From positions 2,294,001 to 2,358,000 of the forward strand of contig CM038998.1 of the NCBI GenBank assembly GCA_017499595.2: DNA of 64,000 bases. Direction: 5' to 3'. The notes beneath the pieces were generated by a model, which was not told the origin of the DNA, did no database searches, and was given only the letters and a program-made list of their open reading frames with translations. Both the position numbers and the translations under genes were made by a program. Position 1 is the first letter of the stretch. Every line of letters begins with the position of its first letter. This document shows, piece after piece, positions 1 through 13,000 of this stretch. The stretch comes from Psilocybe cubensis (lineage: Eukaryota).

Positions 1-860
1 TGCTACCGCTAATTGGCATCCCACATTGAAGATAAGCCTGGAAATTGATATCAGTAAACGGCGACGATTGTCATCAATTTACACACTTAGAAAGATCTTT
101 GAATGCTGTTTCAAAATTTTCCACCCCCTTCTCATCTGGCTTAGGCCCTGACCAGTGTAATAGTAAGGTGAGACTCAAAAAACACATACAAGTTACTTAC
201 AGATATTCTTGCCGTAATATTCTGGGAAGAGTGCCCTCTCTTCAGGAGCTACGGTGGCATCTTCCACAATAGGGTTGGCATAGAAAGATCCTTTGAGGGT
301 ATCTGTTGATCGCATAAGCACGGACTTACAGTTAAAACAGAAAGTAATATAAGTACCTGGTAATCCGTTCATAATTTCCTAACACCTTGTTAGGACAATG
401 CGGCATTTAGATGGCAGTGTGGAAGTGATACCTTCCCATGAGACCAGCCGAAGCTGCATTTTCGTCAGTGATCAGCATCTGAGAATCCAGATCACGCACC
501 TATATTTGCTACTGGGGTCAGAGTAGCTTTCTCGGACAGCTTCATCGAGATGTCCGAATTGGTAAGCCAATTTCAACAGCCGCTCTCGATATTGCGGATA
601 ATCAGACAGTAGGTCGCGGACAACAATTAGCCCCAAAGACTCTGGGTCTGAGCCAAAGGCCCTTTCTGATGGCTGATGAGAATGCGATCACCTTGGGTCA
701 ATGGTGGACAGTACCGATTGCTGGCCCCAAAGATTGTGGGGAAGAGAGCAGAGTGGGATACGAAATAACGACGGCGCCGTCTTGAGTGTATTCGATAGTA
801 TCATGACCCTGTCTAAAAAGTGTGAATGCATTCGCCACGAATGAGTGATGCTCGTACCAT
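1..860 (-). CDS. 2OG-Fe(II) oxygenase family (clavaminate synthase-like) protein, 5' part; runs off the window start
   Basis: Missed by the ORF track. Manual splicing gives M|GHDTIEYTQDGAVVISYPTLLSSPQSLGPAI|ERAFGSDPESLGLIVVRD...SKYS|FGWSHGK|EIMNGLP|DTLKGSFYANP...GKNIW|PKPDEKGVENFETAFKDLSK|LIFNVGCQLAVA, with canonical GT-AG introns. FGWSHGKE..KGS(F/Y)YAN is characteristic of this fungal family. Confidence 0.8.
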
Positions 861-1019
861 CTTGACCGCTATATCTATCGCTCGGCGACATGGGGCCTGG
901 GGGGTGTACACGGAGGATGCCGGCTGGGAATGAAACTGGGATCGAAACGTGTGTTTACAGTTTTCGTGCGGTTTCTGTTTGTCTCTGAAAACACATTTCT
1001 GCTTTCCTGGTCTCTCGCG

Positions 1020-2848
1020 ATGGCTGCTCCAAACGCAGTAGACGATTCTTCAATACCACCCGAAAACTGGGGTCCTCAAGATGACCAGTCCACAGGGCCT
1101 GCGGGCAACAGCCAATCCGCTACTGGAACATCTCTTCCTGTTGACGACCGTAGTACTGGCCAGGATCCTGAAAATTCAGATTATCCTCGTGGCTCCAGTG
1201 TACCCGACAATGAAACATTCCGTGAAAAGCAGGTCAAGGTGCTTAGGTCATTTCTGTCTGTCATTTGCTCGCTCGTTAGGAGCTCTTTTCTGGGTTTAGC
1301 ATTCTAATGCTGGGCTGCGACGCTCTCGAGCTTCTTACATTCTTGATGCCTTGCGTTGTTCTTTTGGAGGCTATTCTACTGCGTGCTATGAATACTTCTT
1401 TTGATTCCGTGTTCTGGACTGGTGTTTACTTTCTGCTGCGCAGCCGAACAAAGTCTACATTGGTGGTCTCCCTGAAAATACTCGTCAAGAAGATTTGCAA
1501 GGGTGCTTTGGGAAAATTGGGAACATCGTCAATATTGAACTGAAGTATGTGCTTCTTATTTCATTCGATCGTTCATGCTTAATTCGATGACAGAGTTGGT
1601 TATGGCTTTGTGGTGCGTGCATTCAAGATAGATAGCTCAACTTGATACTAACTTTTGTAAAGGAGTTTGACAGTAGAGAAGCTGCCGAAGAAAGTGTCGC
1701 CAAGTATAACGATGGGTTTTTTATGGGCAACCGAGTCCGTGTTGAGTTGTCACATGGAGGTGGTCGAACTGCTAAGTTCGCTGGAGATCCAGGAGCCTGT
1801 TTTAAGTGTGGCAATATGGGACACTGGGCAAGGTGTGGGATTAGTTCAATTACTCATCACTTTAACTCGGTTTTTCATGTTTAATATTTCCCAGAGAATG
1901 TCCAAATAACTTGGGACCGTAAGTAGTAGCGACTTTGCAACTTGTTTACTACCAACACCCTATTCCCAGTGTACATCGGAGGGCCAACTATGAGCCACCT
2001 CTCATAGATCGCATCCAAAGAGATTACAACTCAAACCCTCGAAATATCCACCCTCGCGATGATTTCACACAGCAGCGAATGCCACCTCGAGATGGTCGAT
2101 TTGATTATCCACCCCCGCCCAATGCGATGAGAGACCACCGCAGGCCGCCATCTCCTCGAGAATATCGAGACTATGGTCCTCCTCTCCCCCCGAATCCTCG
2201 TCCGCGTGACTATGATGATTTTCGTAGGGGACCTCCTGTCGATGACAGGGATAGATTTCCACCGCCTCCAGACTTTCGTGGAAGATATCCATCTGCATCA
2301 GACCCACCATATCGCGGCTATGGCCCACCCGTTAATTCTTATGATCGTTACGATAGAAGGCCCAATGACAGGTATACACCTTACTCTCAGCAAATAGGCC
2401 AAAGACCTAGGACTCCACCAAGGGTCAGAGACGAGTACGATCGTTTAGCTCCGCGGTAAAAAACTACGCCTCTTCTAAATGTTGCATTTTCTGAACTCGT
2501 TAACAGTGATTATCCTGAATACCGTGGCCGTCCTGCCACCCCGCCACGTTATCCTCCTGATTATAATCGCTTGAATGGCAATTCGCCAACCGTGCGATAT
2601 GGGTTAGTTTTTTTTTTCAATAGCTGCAGACAACGCAAAGTTGATTTTCTCTACCCAGCTCTAGGCGACGTTCAGCAAGTCCTCCTCGAACTAGTGGCCC
2701 CCCTCCTTATGACGCTTACTCCGTCAATGGTTATATGCCAGGCCCTATTGCCCCTCCTGTTGCTCCCCCTCCTCGCGGTAATAGGGACTACCCTCCACGT
2801 AACGGTCGAGACATGATTGAACCTGTTGGCGCTTACAGACGGCCCTAA
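1020..2848 (+). CDS. SR-like RNA-binding protein (RRM + CCHC zinc knuckle + R/D/P/Y-rich tail; SRSF7/9G8-like architecture)
   Basis: Spliced RNP2 KVYIGGL and RNP1 K|VGYGFV|EF; RVRVELS; zinc knuckle CFKCGNMGHWARECP; low-complexity RDY/RPP tail; stop TAA at 2846-2848. Confidence 0.85.
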
Positions 2849-3130
2849 TTGATCCATCCCTATTATAATTTCTTTGCTGTCTTGAAAAATTTCATTATCC
2901 CTCTAAAAGCGGTCTTCGGACTTGATATCACCAAAATCTACGTGACGTCTGTGTATCTCAATTCTACTGTTAATTTCGTCCATGACTTTGGTGTTATACA
3001 ATGTGACTTATGAATGTCAATTGCTATTAATTACTATTAGGCCAAGATCCATTAACGTATCAGAGATTAACTGGGCTGTCCGGTATAGTACTAGTAACTA
3101 GATGAGCAAGCAGTACCATGATTGACCTGC

Positions 3131-6100
3131 TCAACTCCTTCCTCCTTTCTTCTTCTTGTTGACAACCTTGAATCCCCACTCGGGTTGTGTTGTTTTCGGT
3201 GTTGCCCTCACGACATCGGCAATGGATACAGGCTTACTTGAAGCCTTGCCCGAGTTAACAGTACCTTTGGCTTTAGCAAGGGCGTCAGCTTTACGCTTTG
3301 CGATGAACTCCGAAGCAAATCGTCGACCATCGAGTGTAGTACTATTTGAATAGATAGTGTCTGAGATGATTTCAGCGGTGGTGGAGTCAGGGTCAATCGG
3401 GAAGGATAACAACATGGACACAATTTCCTCGACTAAAATATTTGTCAGTAAAAATTGGAAGTCTGGAAGGTAACTAATGGTAAAACTCACCATTAACTGA
3501 AGAGTTAAGCCCTTTCAGTGAATCACCGAGCCACTTGAGAAAATCATGGGAGGGCGTCTCCGGGAAATCATCTTGCTTGACGAGTTTCTTGACAACGGAG
3601 CTGGTGGCGATCTTCGAAGTAGGAGTTGCTGAAGCCTTCGACACCGAAGCTGTTTGGGTTGCCGCCAACGAACCCGGTACGGAGGAGCGAGCAGGAGGAG
3701 CGGGGGACACGGTTGCCTTTCCACTTGGTCCAACGGTAGTCCAAGCGTTACCGTTGTTCGACGAAGCAGGAGGAAGGGCAGCAAGCTACAGATCATCAGT
3801 ATGTAATTACAATATTTAGTTAAAAGGAAAAAAAAAACCTTCGTGGTGGTTTCGGCATATGCCCGTTTCGGCAATGGAGCTGTTGCTGTAATTTCCTTCA
3901 GGGCAATCTTTTTCCTCGATTCTTCCTCTTCCTGGATTTCTTTCATTGTCTTTTTTGTGGTTGCTTGCTTAAGGGGAGTGGTCCACACAGGCGGTGCAGC
4001 AGGAGCAGGAGTAGTAGGAACAGTAACAAGATCTTTCAGAGGAGCTGATCCACGTGCACCAGCTTGCGAAGTGGGAAGACCCCACGAAGTAGTGAAAGGT
4101 TGCACATCCTCTTTGATATCAGCAGATGCTGATGCCCGAGCCAGTCGTTCTCTCTCTCGTTCGGCAGCTTTCTTTGACTCCAGTTTCTTTGCTTCCGCCT
4201 CCTGAATCTCGCGCAGACTGACAGAGGAACCGGTGCCGGTTTTCTTCTTTTCTTCTTCCTTCGCCCAAGCTACTTTCTGAACCACGGGGTTTGTTATAAC
4301 TGGTTCAACAGTTGCAATAGGCGCGCTGGAAGGTACCTGTATAGCTTGGGATGAATTTTTAGAGGCTTTCTTGCTTATCACGGGGGCGGACGTAGGAAGC
4401 GGCAACGCAACAACGATTTCTGGAGTCGGGGTGCGATTAGATGATTCCGGTGTGTGGGCTTTCTTCTGCTCAGATGCCCGAGAAGGCAAAGTTTGATGCT
4501 GCTGAATCAAATCCTTTTCTGTCTTGTCAACTTTCCAAGAATCAACTTTGTCGGCGGCAGCCACAGGGGAGCCCGAATCATAGACCTGTGGAAGTAGAGT
4601 AGGACCTGATTCAACATGTTTCCACGGGGAGTTAGTCAAGTTGTTAGAAGAGCCAATGTGACCATTGGTCTCCACAACAGTAGCGGGCTGCTCTTCCGGT
4701 AAAGAACTCCATGGTACGCTCGGGATTGTCGACGACGAATTGGAATTTGTAGGTTGCAACGTCTGAGGGATAGCGGTCTCTGAGTCATGACAGCGATATG
4801 CACACAACTCTTCGGAACCATGATTCTCCGAAAACTCGGACGCAGGTGTCACATATTGTTGGTGTTGTTCCTGCGCATTCTGGAAGGCTGACTGCGCAGG
4901 ATACTGGTAATGCGCATAACCCAAAGACCCCACAGCAGGACCAGGTTGTTTCATGTCAAAACTAGTGGAATCTTCGTTGGCGTAATGGGTCTCCTGCACG
5001 AAACTCCTTTGCAAATGTTCGTCATGAGAACCCTCAGGACGGCGAAGAGCCGCATCTGATGGGGCAGACAGAGGAAAAAATTTGTCGTTTCCCTGATCTC
5101 GAGGCATCATAAATCCAGCCGAAGAGTGATTCGAGGACATTCCCCATGCATCATGGATTACGGGAATGTTGTTATATCCATAAGCACTGAAACCAACATC
5201 TCGTTCCGATACAAAGTTCCCAAAAGATGGGCTTTGCATGATGGGATTCGCTTGAAACTCATGACCAACAGTTCTGCGGTCCGAAAAGAGAGAAGGTTGA
5301 TTCAGGGCTCCAAGGCCTGGCAATCGTCCATTGGAATCACTTGCAAAGTAAGTTTTAACATCTCTGGGTCCAAAAACAGACGGATCAGGCGAAGGATTTC
5401 CGAAATGTGAAGCGCCCAGCGAAGAAGACGGTGAATCGGAGGCCAACGATCCAGTACTGAGATATGAATCAAGTGTGGAAGAGGCTAAAGTGCGAACAGG
5501 CGATGGTTGGAATGGTTCATTATAAAGTTGATCGGAAGACGAAAGGGCATGCAGCGGCGATGCATTTCCACGACCAGTGTGATTTGGAATGAATGTCGAC
5601 GACAAGAAAATATTTTCTCCTTGCGCTCGCTGGCTGAGTTCTTCAACAGTAGTCCATTGAGTGTCATACCGGACTCTTTTCATGGGAAGGTCTGAAGAAA
5701 AATATCCATCGTTGTACCATTTCTGCATCAGATCGGCACGAAATGGACCTATCGGTCGAAATTGAAACGTCATTGAAATTCAATGATGCAAGGAAAGGTT
5801 CATACCTTGAATCTGGCCAGTTGGATCTTTGTAAGACCACTCAACTGCAGCTAAATCTACCAACCCTGGAGGAGGGCCAATATCGGCGCGATCGACGGGG
5901 AACGATTCAGAATTATTGACCCCGTTGACTGAGAATGAACTTTGTGAAGATGTTTGAAGTGGAGCAGCGTTAGAATTGGTATTGGTAAACACGCGAGGAT
6001 CTTCGGAATGGACACGAGGTGAGGATGTAACAAAAGCATTCGAATCATCGGAAGGTGGGTGTTGAATAGTTTGACGGGAGTCTTCCTCTTTTTCTTCGCG

Positions 6101-6991
6101 TATACCAGAGCCCATGATACCGAGTTGGGGTTCATTTCCTTCACGAGACGAACCAGTCCCGATCTTCATCGATGTTTCGGAAGAGCGCCGTCGAGCGACC
6201 CAAGAATCCCCGTTGTTGAGAACACCATCAAAACCAGGCGTATAACCCACACGGGAACGCGGGGGTTCGCGTGGTGATAGTGTCGGCGTTTGCAGAGCAG
6301 AAAGAGATGGTTTTCGTGGTAATGCAGGCATCAATGTATCTTCAGAAGTGTTTGATGTCAGCCTTGCTTGCATTCGTAAAAATTGAGTAAAATTTACCTG
6401 ATACACTAGCTGCACTGTCTCTACGCTTCAGGGCCCCGAACCGCTCGCGCAAAGGACTGTTATTATTCGAGGAGGTTGAAGAATTATGGGAGAGCCTTGG
6501 GCGATCCAAGCCGGAAGTATTGAGCGGCGAAAGGAATTCCATAGATTGACTAGGACGACGACGAAGTTCGGAATTAAGTGGCCCTGCAAAAAGCTGAGAC
6601 TTAATCAATACAACGAACAATCACAACATTCCAGATAAATTTTGAGACGGACTTTCTTTTCTGCTTCGGTCATCTCGCGCAAAGTAGCTGGCTCTGTCCC
6701 ACCCTCCCGTACAACACCCTCCCAACGTTCAACTTCTAATCCCAATCCCCCTCTGCCGCCGCCTTCTTGATATATTTTGAGCAACTCCTCCTTGGAATAA
6801 CGAAATGGATGGACCACATCTCCGCTTTCGGAGGAAGCAGAAGGCATTGCGGAAACCAAAGCCGAATAAGTAGAGCCAGAGTTTTGGATGGCGGTTGAAG
6901 GAGGAGGAGAAGGAGGAGGCTGGGATCGAGAAAGAGGCTGGTGCTTGGTTCTCATCCATTCAGGGCCGAAATGCATAGTAGTGGTAGACAT
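3131..6991 (-). CDS. GYF-domain protein, GIGYF/Smy2-like
   Basis: N-terminal MHFGPEWMR and FRYSKEELL; GYF domain WSYKDPTGQIQ|GPFRADLMQKWYNDGYF; SLREIQEAE and MKEIQEEEE repeats; C-terminal FASEFIAKRK and GFKVVNKKKK. Confidence 0.88.
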
Positions 6992-7252
6992 TTTTGAATT
7001 CAAAGGACACGGGCGATGTGCTAAGTTGAATATGCTGTAAGAATGATATTTTCTTTGAAAAATCTGGAATAGTGGCAGAGGGACCCAATGTCACACGTGG
7101 ATTAATAGAGCGTGGTAATATTCTCTTTAGGGCGGGCCCTCTGAAAAGATTCATGATCGGCGCTCTCATTTAGGCCCATCCCCAATAACCCACCATTACA
7201 GCTACTACTACGGATATGATATATTGTAGAGTCTAACCCAAGCCCATCTTCC

Positions 7253-9677
7253 TTACTGCATCTTTACTCGCCACACTGAAATAGGGAGTTCTGCATTGTG
7301 TAATATAATGAGTACTAAATTAGCATCACGGTGTGTGTGTGAGTGACGAAACGACTGACTTTGCAGTTTGCGGGCAGTTGGTATAATGAATGCGACCAAA
7401 AATATGACGCCGAACAACAAGCAAATCGCAGAAACCATGTAATATCCATCAGTCTCTTCAACACAAGTTCCACCAATGCCTTTGCAAGCGGCTTTTCCAT
7501 GATCCGACACACATTCGGTAGCTAGAGGGGAGGTAAGCATGAGAATACCTACAATACAGAACTGTTTTCTTCACCTTTGACGTCAATTTCTACTTGAGGT
7601 ACCTTGCACGTAGCAACACTGAAGATATCGATGCCTGACTAACACAGTAAGCTTGGAAATGCTCATGAAGTGGACAAATCTGACCTTTCAGAACAAACCA
7701 TTTGGGCCAGGTACCTCCCATATTGGTGAATGTGTTTAGTAACTGCAAGAGTTAACAATTGTACATTCCTTTTAACAGGAAAAGCTTACCGTCATATACG
7801 TTCCTCCTATTAATGGATCCGACACACGAGTGTGGAAAGCAGAGATTCCAACAAATTGTACAGTTCTAGAGAAATTAATAATGAGGATAAAACTGCACAC
7901 AATTTGAAAAAAATACTTACGAAGCAAAAGACGATAGAATCGTATGCAGAACAAGCAGCACAAAGAAGCTCATGGATATCGGAGGATTCGGGAACCACAA
8001 AACAATTAAAGTTGCCACGAGAGCGAAGAAGAGACGGGGCCAAAAGGCATAGATCCAAGGACGAAGAGGTTTGTCCCCTCTAGACCACTTTGCGGCAAGC
8101 CAACCACCCATGATCTGGAAGGGAAAGTCGATTAGGACTACAAGAGCAAGATCCTCTCGTCTGAACCCCTTTTCTACTAATTTCAGGCCAGTCGCGGCAT
8201 CATTTGCTGCAAAGCCTATTTTAGCAAACAGGTGTACTACGATGAGAAGTTGAATATCTGTTGAAGGATCTTAAGTAAAAATGAAGAAACAATAAAAAAG
8301 ATACACATACGCTTTAATTGGCAAATTTGCCATATAGTTTTGTAAACTGCTTTGATGCTCATATCACTGTCAGTGGCAGGTTCTTTATCCTATATCATAT
8401 GAATATCATTCAAGCAGTGCTCTTTACATTTCCGTACCTCTTTTTTGAAGAAGATGAGCCAGAGCGTAACAATGAAGCATATAACACTCCAGAATCGTAG
8501 ATAACCGCTCAGTGTCAAATGAGGCACACCCCATTTGAGTCTGATAAAGAGGAAAATTAGATGGACATCAAGGATGACAGGCAATAGACGCATTCTTACG
8601 AGAATGCCTCACTGTTAAAAGCCAAAAAAACAGTGAATGAGGCGAAAAATCCTGTGTTCAGCCCAATCGTCTGACAAGTCGAAGCATATGACAAGCAATC
8701 CTGAGACAGCAAAGTCAGTGCCCAACCTGTTGAAAATTAGTCACGGCAGATGCGCTTATAATGAGGACAATATTACCATCCACAGCGATGTCTATAGATT
8801 TTGTTTAGTGGTATATATTGCTATAACTTGAAAGAAAATAAATAGCTTGCCTTGGGTGGCGGAGAACGATACAAGCATTGTAAAAATTGTGGTTAATTCA
8901 GCAACATTGTTCGCCGGCTATAACAGGTGGGTTCAGTTGTTGAGACATATAATATCAATTGAAGATTTTACATCGTCCATTAATCTTTGAACATTGAGAG
9001 AGATGTATAACATCAGCGATCCTACAATTAACTGCATAGGCACTATCCACGATTTACGGCGACCAAAAGACTTGAAGAAAACGGAGTCAACAATGGGCGA
9101 CCATAATAACTTGAGGGAGTAGGGGTAACTCGACAGTGCGAAGGTCGCTAATTGGGAATATGACAAATGCTCCTTCAGAAGAAACGGTACTGAGCCTAGA
9201 AATATTGCGTTAGCCAGGAAATACCCAACATATAAAATGAATGTGGATGATACCTAAAGCTAGTCCTAGCTAAAACAGTGTCAGCAATATCGTCAGAGCC
9301 TTTGAAGTGCGCGGCAATATTATAACGTACTGGTATTCCTTGAAGAAGATCTAATCAATCACGATTTTAGAATGAGAAATAATGAAATTTAGGTGTTGTT
9401 ACATACACAGAACGCATAACAAAACCATTCCGCGCTTGTCCTTCGCGGATATGGGGCGCTTCGAAAGATCTCCATCTACCTCATCCGTTGAATGTCCATC
9501 ATGAAATGTACGAGCTGATTGAATCCGTTCTTCCTCGTTAAGAAGGGACATTTCCGTCTCCTCATCCTCGTCTTCTCCCATTGTGGCCCGTGGCGTTCTG
9601 GGTGTGCGAGGGGAGATGTGAATACTATTCAGAGAAGAAGTAACGGCCCTCGGTTCCCTGGGAGTACCGGTTCTCAT
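7253..9677 (-). CDS. Acetyl-CoA transporter 1 (AT-1/SLC33A1, MFS)
   Basis: LLCVLYLLQGIPLGLALGSVPFLLK, YPYSLKLLWSPIVDS, GRRKSWIVPMQ, ATQDIAVDG, DPLIGGTYMT, DGYY motifs across many exons. Confidence 0.92.
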
Positions 9678-10672
9678 AGCCTCGTTCTTTCGTAAACTTT
9701 CCTGAGCCGTGATGTTTGGGGTGGGGTAGTTTGCAAACTCTATGGGAGCATAAATAGAATTCTTCAGTTTTGGTTTGAAAGAGAACGTATGTGGAAATGT
9801 GGAAAGTGTTTACCAGTGGATCCTTTAACGCATGTGTGCGACACGTCGAGAGTTCCACGTGAGTTTATTCCGGAATCCAGCATAGCCACTTTTTTAGATT
9901 TCAGATACTGATAAACCTCAAGAACGACTTGTTGTCAGTTGAAATCCCTCGTAAGCTGAAGGATATTGCCAGCTAGTTATGTTTCCATCATTCCTACCAT
10001 ATACCATGGCTCCACACTTAATCAAGATCTTTTGCACTGCATTTTGCACTTTTGTTCAAAACTGTGAGGAGTCAGTCAAACGTTCAAGGTACACGCATTG
10101 TGTTCTGTTGGTTTGCACTCATTATCATTATCCTTGGGAATGTGATGGCTGATTCATCACTTTTCCCTTTAAATAGTCTTCATCTTCATCTGCTTTACGG
10201 GTCGTATTTTGAAAATTGTACTGTTGTTCGTTGATTCTCAAGCTGAATAATCGTCTACATAGATCACACAGTGCCAAGCTGCACCAATTCTATTTATCTT
10301 CAATCTTCTTGTGTTTGATGACCTCTGACGTCTGGGATTTTCTTCATTCTGGGACGGATGACCTTTGTTCCGACGATTCCTACATCCTAGCTATACGGGA
10401 TATCAATTCAAGAATGGACAAACCTTTCAAATGACTTCAACGTCGCACCACCTGATGTGCATTCTCAATGTACTTCTGTCGATACTAGGATGCATAACAG
10501 TTCACGGCCGCCTGGAAGTTTATTTTTGCATTATCACGGCTTCCAGCGGAGAAATGCTCATTCATTAGGTGCGCATTTTCGGATATCGGTCTTGTATCGA
10601 AGAAACCTTGGAAGGAGACTGTCTGTCGACATAAAATCCAACACTTGAATCGCTTCATCGTCTGGTACCACA

Positions 10673-12819
10673 ATGTTTTCTCTCGTGAAGACGGTGTCAT
10701 CAGTGCTTTTATCTATTTTCCTTGCCCGCGCTTCGGTCATTGTCCCTGGAGCTACATGGTTGGACACAAGCGGTAACAGCATCCAAGCACATGGGGGAGG
10801 CTTTCTTAAGGTGGATATGTATCTATGTCACCTTTCAGTATATATAATAATACTATTACAAGGTTGGATCAACTTACTACTGGTTTGGTGAAGATAAATC
10901 GCACAACAGCGCTTTATTCAAAGCGGTATCTTGTTACACGGTGATCGACCCTGTTGCCTGTTCTGGTTGGAAATCTTACAAATTATCCTCTCAGTCTTCC
11001 GACTTGGTGACTTGGAGTCGACAGAACGATGCGCTCACACCAGTGAGCGGCACAATGATATCCACCTCTAATATTGTCGAACGTCCTAAAGGTACTTTCA
11101 ACTTCATTTCTGTAAAAGGCGGGCATAAACTCTTCTCAAAGTGTTATTCAACAAGGCAGTAAGAAGTCTTGTCTTCAGATTTTGGAAATCACTTGCGTGA
11201 CGGTGTTTTTTTAGAATTCCGAATATGTTATGTGGTTCCATTCAGACACATCGAAGTGTGTAATCTCTTTCTCCCAAGATCTGTGAATTGAATGAGCCAC
11301 TAGCTATGGCGCAGCTGAAGTTGGGGTGGCGACGGCGAAGTCCCCATGTGGGCCATATTCTTACAAGTCGAGTTTCAAACCTTTGGGGGCCGATTCAAGA
11401 GATATGAGTCTCTACCAAGATGGTGAGGTTATACTCTATCGATTTATTGCCTACAAAATCGCTCAATAAATATCGTATATTTATTTTATTAGATGATGGT
11501 ATAGATTAATACGACGTTATGGATAACATATTAGCTGATTCCCATGATATAGCCTCTCAGACTGCATATCTTCTATATGCTTCTGACAACAACCAAAACT
11601 TCAAGATTTCGAAATTAGACTCAAATTACTACAATGTAGTATCGCAAACGAGCGTTCTTTCAGGTCATGAACACCCAACTATGCTCTGACTTACAGGCAG
11701 CGGCTAACTTCGACTTACGACCCACAGGATCTACTCTAGAGGCACCCGGAATAGTTAAGCGCAATGGGGCAAGTTTAAATTATATTTCAGTGTCACAAAT
11801 CAGGTGTAGCAGCCTAAGATAACCGCTACGCTTTTAGGTGTACTATCTCTTTGCTTCACATACGAGCGGTTGGGATCCCAATCCAAACAAGTTCTTCACT
11901 GCATCGGTGAATTGACTCCTAGAACATTCTTGTTATTATGACCTATGCTGATTTGTCTCCTGCTATGAAACATAGTCTTTATCCGGTCCTTGGTCATCTC
12001 AGGCTGACATAGCCCCTGAGTCCGTTAGAACATATTTTTCACAAAATGCCTTTGATATGCCAATTCAATCCAACTTTGCCATCTTCATGGGAGACCGTTG
12101 GCGCCCTTCCCTCCTCGGAAGTAGTACCTATATCTGGTACCCATTGTCTTGGAATACAGGCGTGCCCCAGATCGTTGCTGCCGATGTTTGGAGCGTCAAC
12201 CTGGCAGCAGGCACTTATGCTGCATCATCTGGAACTGTATACGAGGCTGAGAATGGAGTTATCTCCGGATCTGCTACTATTCCCTCGAGCTCATCTTTTT
12301 CGGGTGGAAAAGCAGTAGGGTATCTTGGTAATATGCGGCAAAGCTGGTCTCATCACATGTGAACTAATTAGCGACTGTACAGGCAAGGGCGGTTCCGTCA
12401 CTATCAACGTTCAAGGCATTGGCGCCTCACAATGGGTATCTTTGTATTATGCTAACGGTAATCCAACCGATTTCAAGTTTCTTGACTCAAATGCTCAGCT
12501 TCGGTCGACAGGGGACTCAACGTGGAGAAATACAACTGTCAGGTAACGACAATGCTACCGATCATCAATCTAGTCACGACCATACTCTTTTAGTGTCAAT
12601 GGAGGAACAAGCATCCTAGTCGACCAGCCAAACACAGGAGGTGGAAATGTTGTGCTGTCTGTGCCTGTCAAACTTAACCTTCGAAGTGGTGCAAATTCTA
12701 TTACATTTGCGGCCAACCAGAATAGTAAGCACATTTTACCATAACATAAGGAGCGTGGCTGACGCCCTACAGCATATGCCGCGGACCTCGACAAGATAGT
12801 CGTATACACTGCAAGTTGA
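10673..12819 (+). CDS. Secreted GH43 (subfamily 24-like exo-beta-1,3-galactanase) with C-terminal CBM35
   Basis: Signal peptide; WLDTSGNSIQAHGGG; IVERPKV; YVMWFH; SPCGPY; DSRDM; LEAPG; FMGDRW; CBM35 YEAENG...SGGKAVGYLG...DLDKIVVY. Confidence 0.9.
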
Positions 12820-13000
12820 TTGCTTTGTACAATGGTACAAAGAACCACGCACAGGGTTGTTCTTTTCTATGATGATTATAAATAAATAAATATAGGTGAC
12901 AGTTGTGATATAGGCATGATCTGGATGTCGTGAACAAGTTGGTACTGTAGTGTAATCAAATTAGATGAGCGCAGAACCATATCGAACAGATAAAATATGA

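Noticed and set aside
3156-5695. Numerous antisense and overlapping ORFs in the ORF track (here and throughout)
   Set aside because: Shadow frames of real exons, mostly with TTG/GTG starts that are not normal eukaryotic initiators.
10316-10455. TGATGA...CTGA pair with 9-nt complementarity to LSU rRNA (CAACGTCGC)
   Set aside because: Match is short and not adjacent to the D box, and there is no terminal stem.
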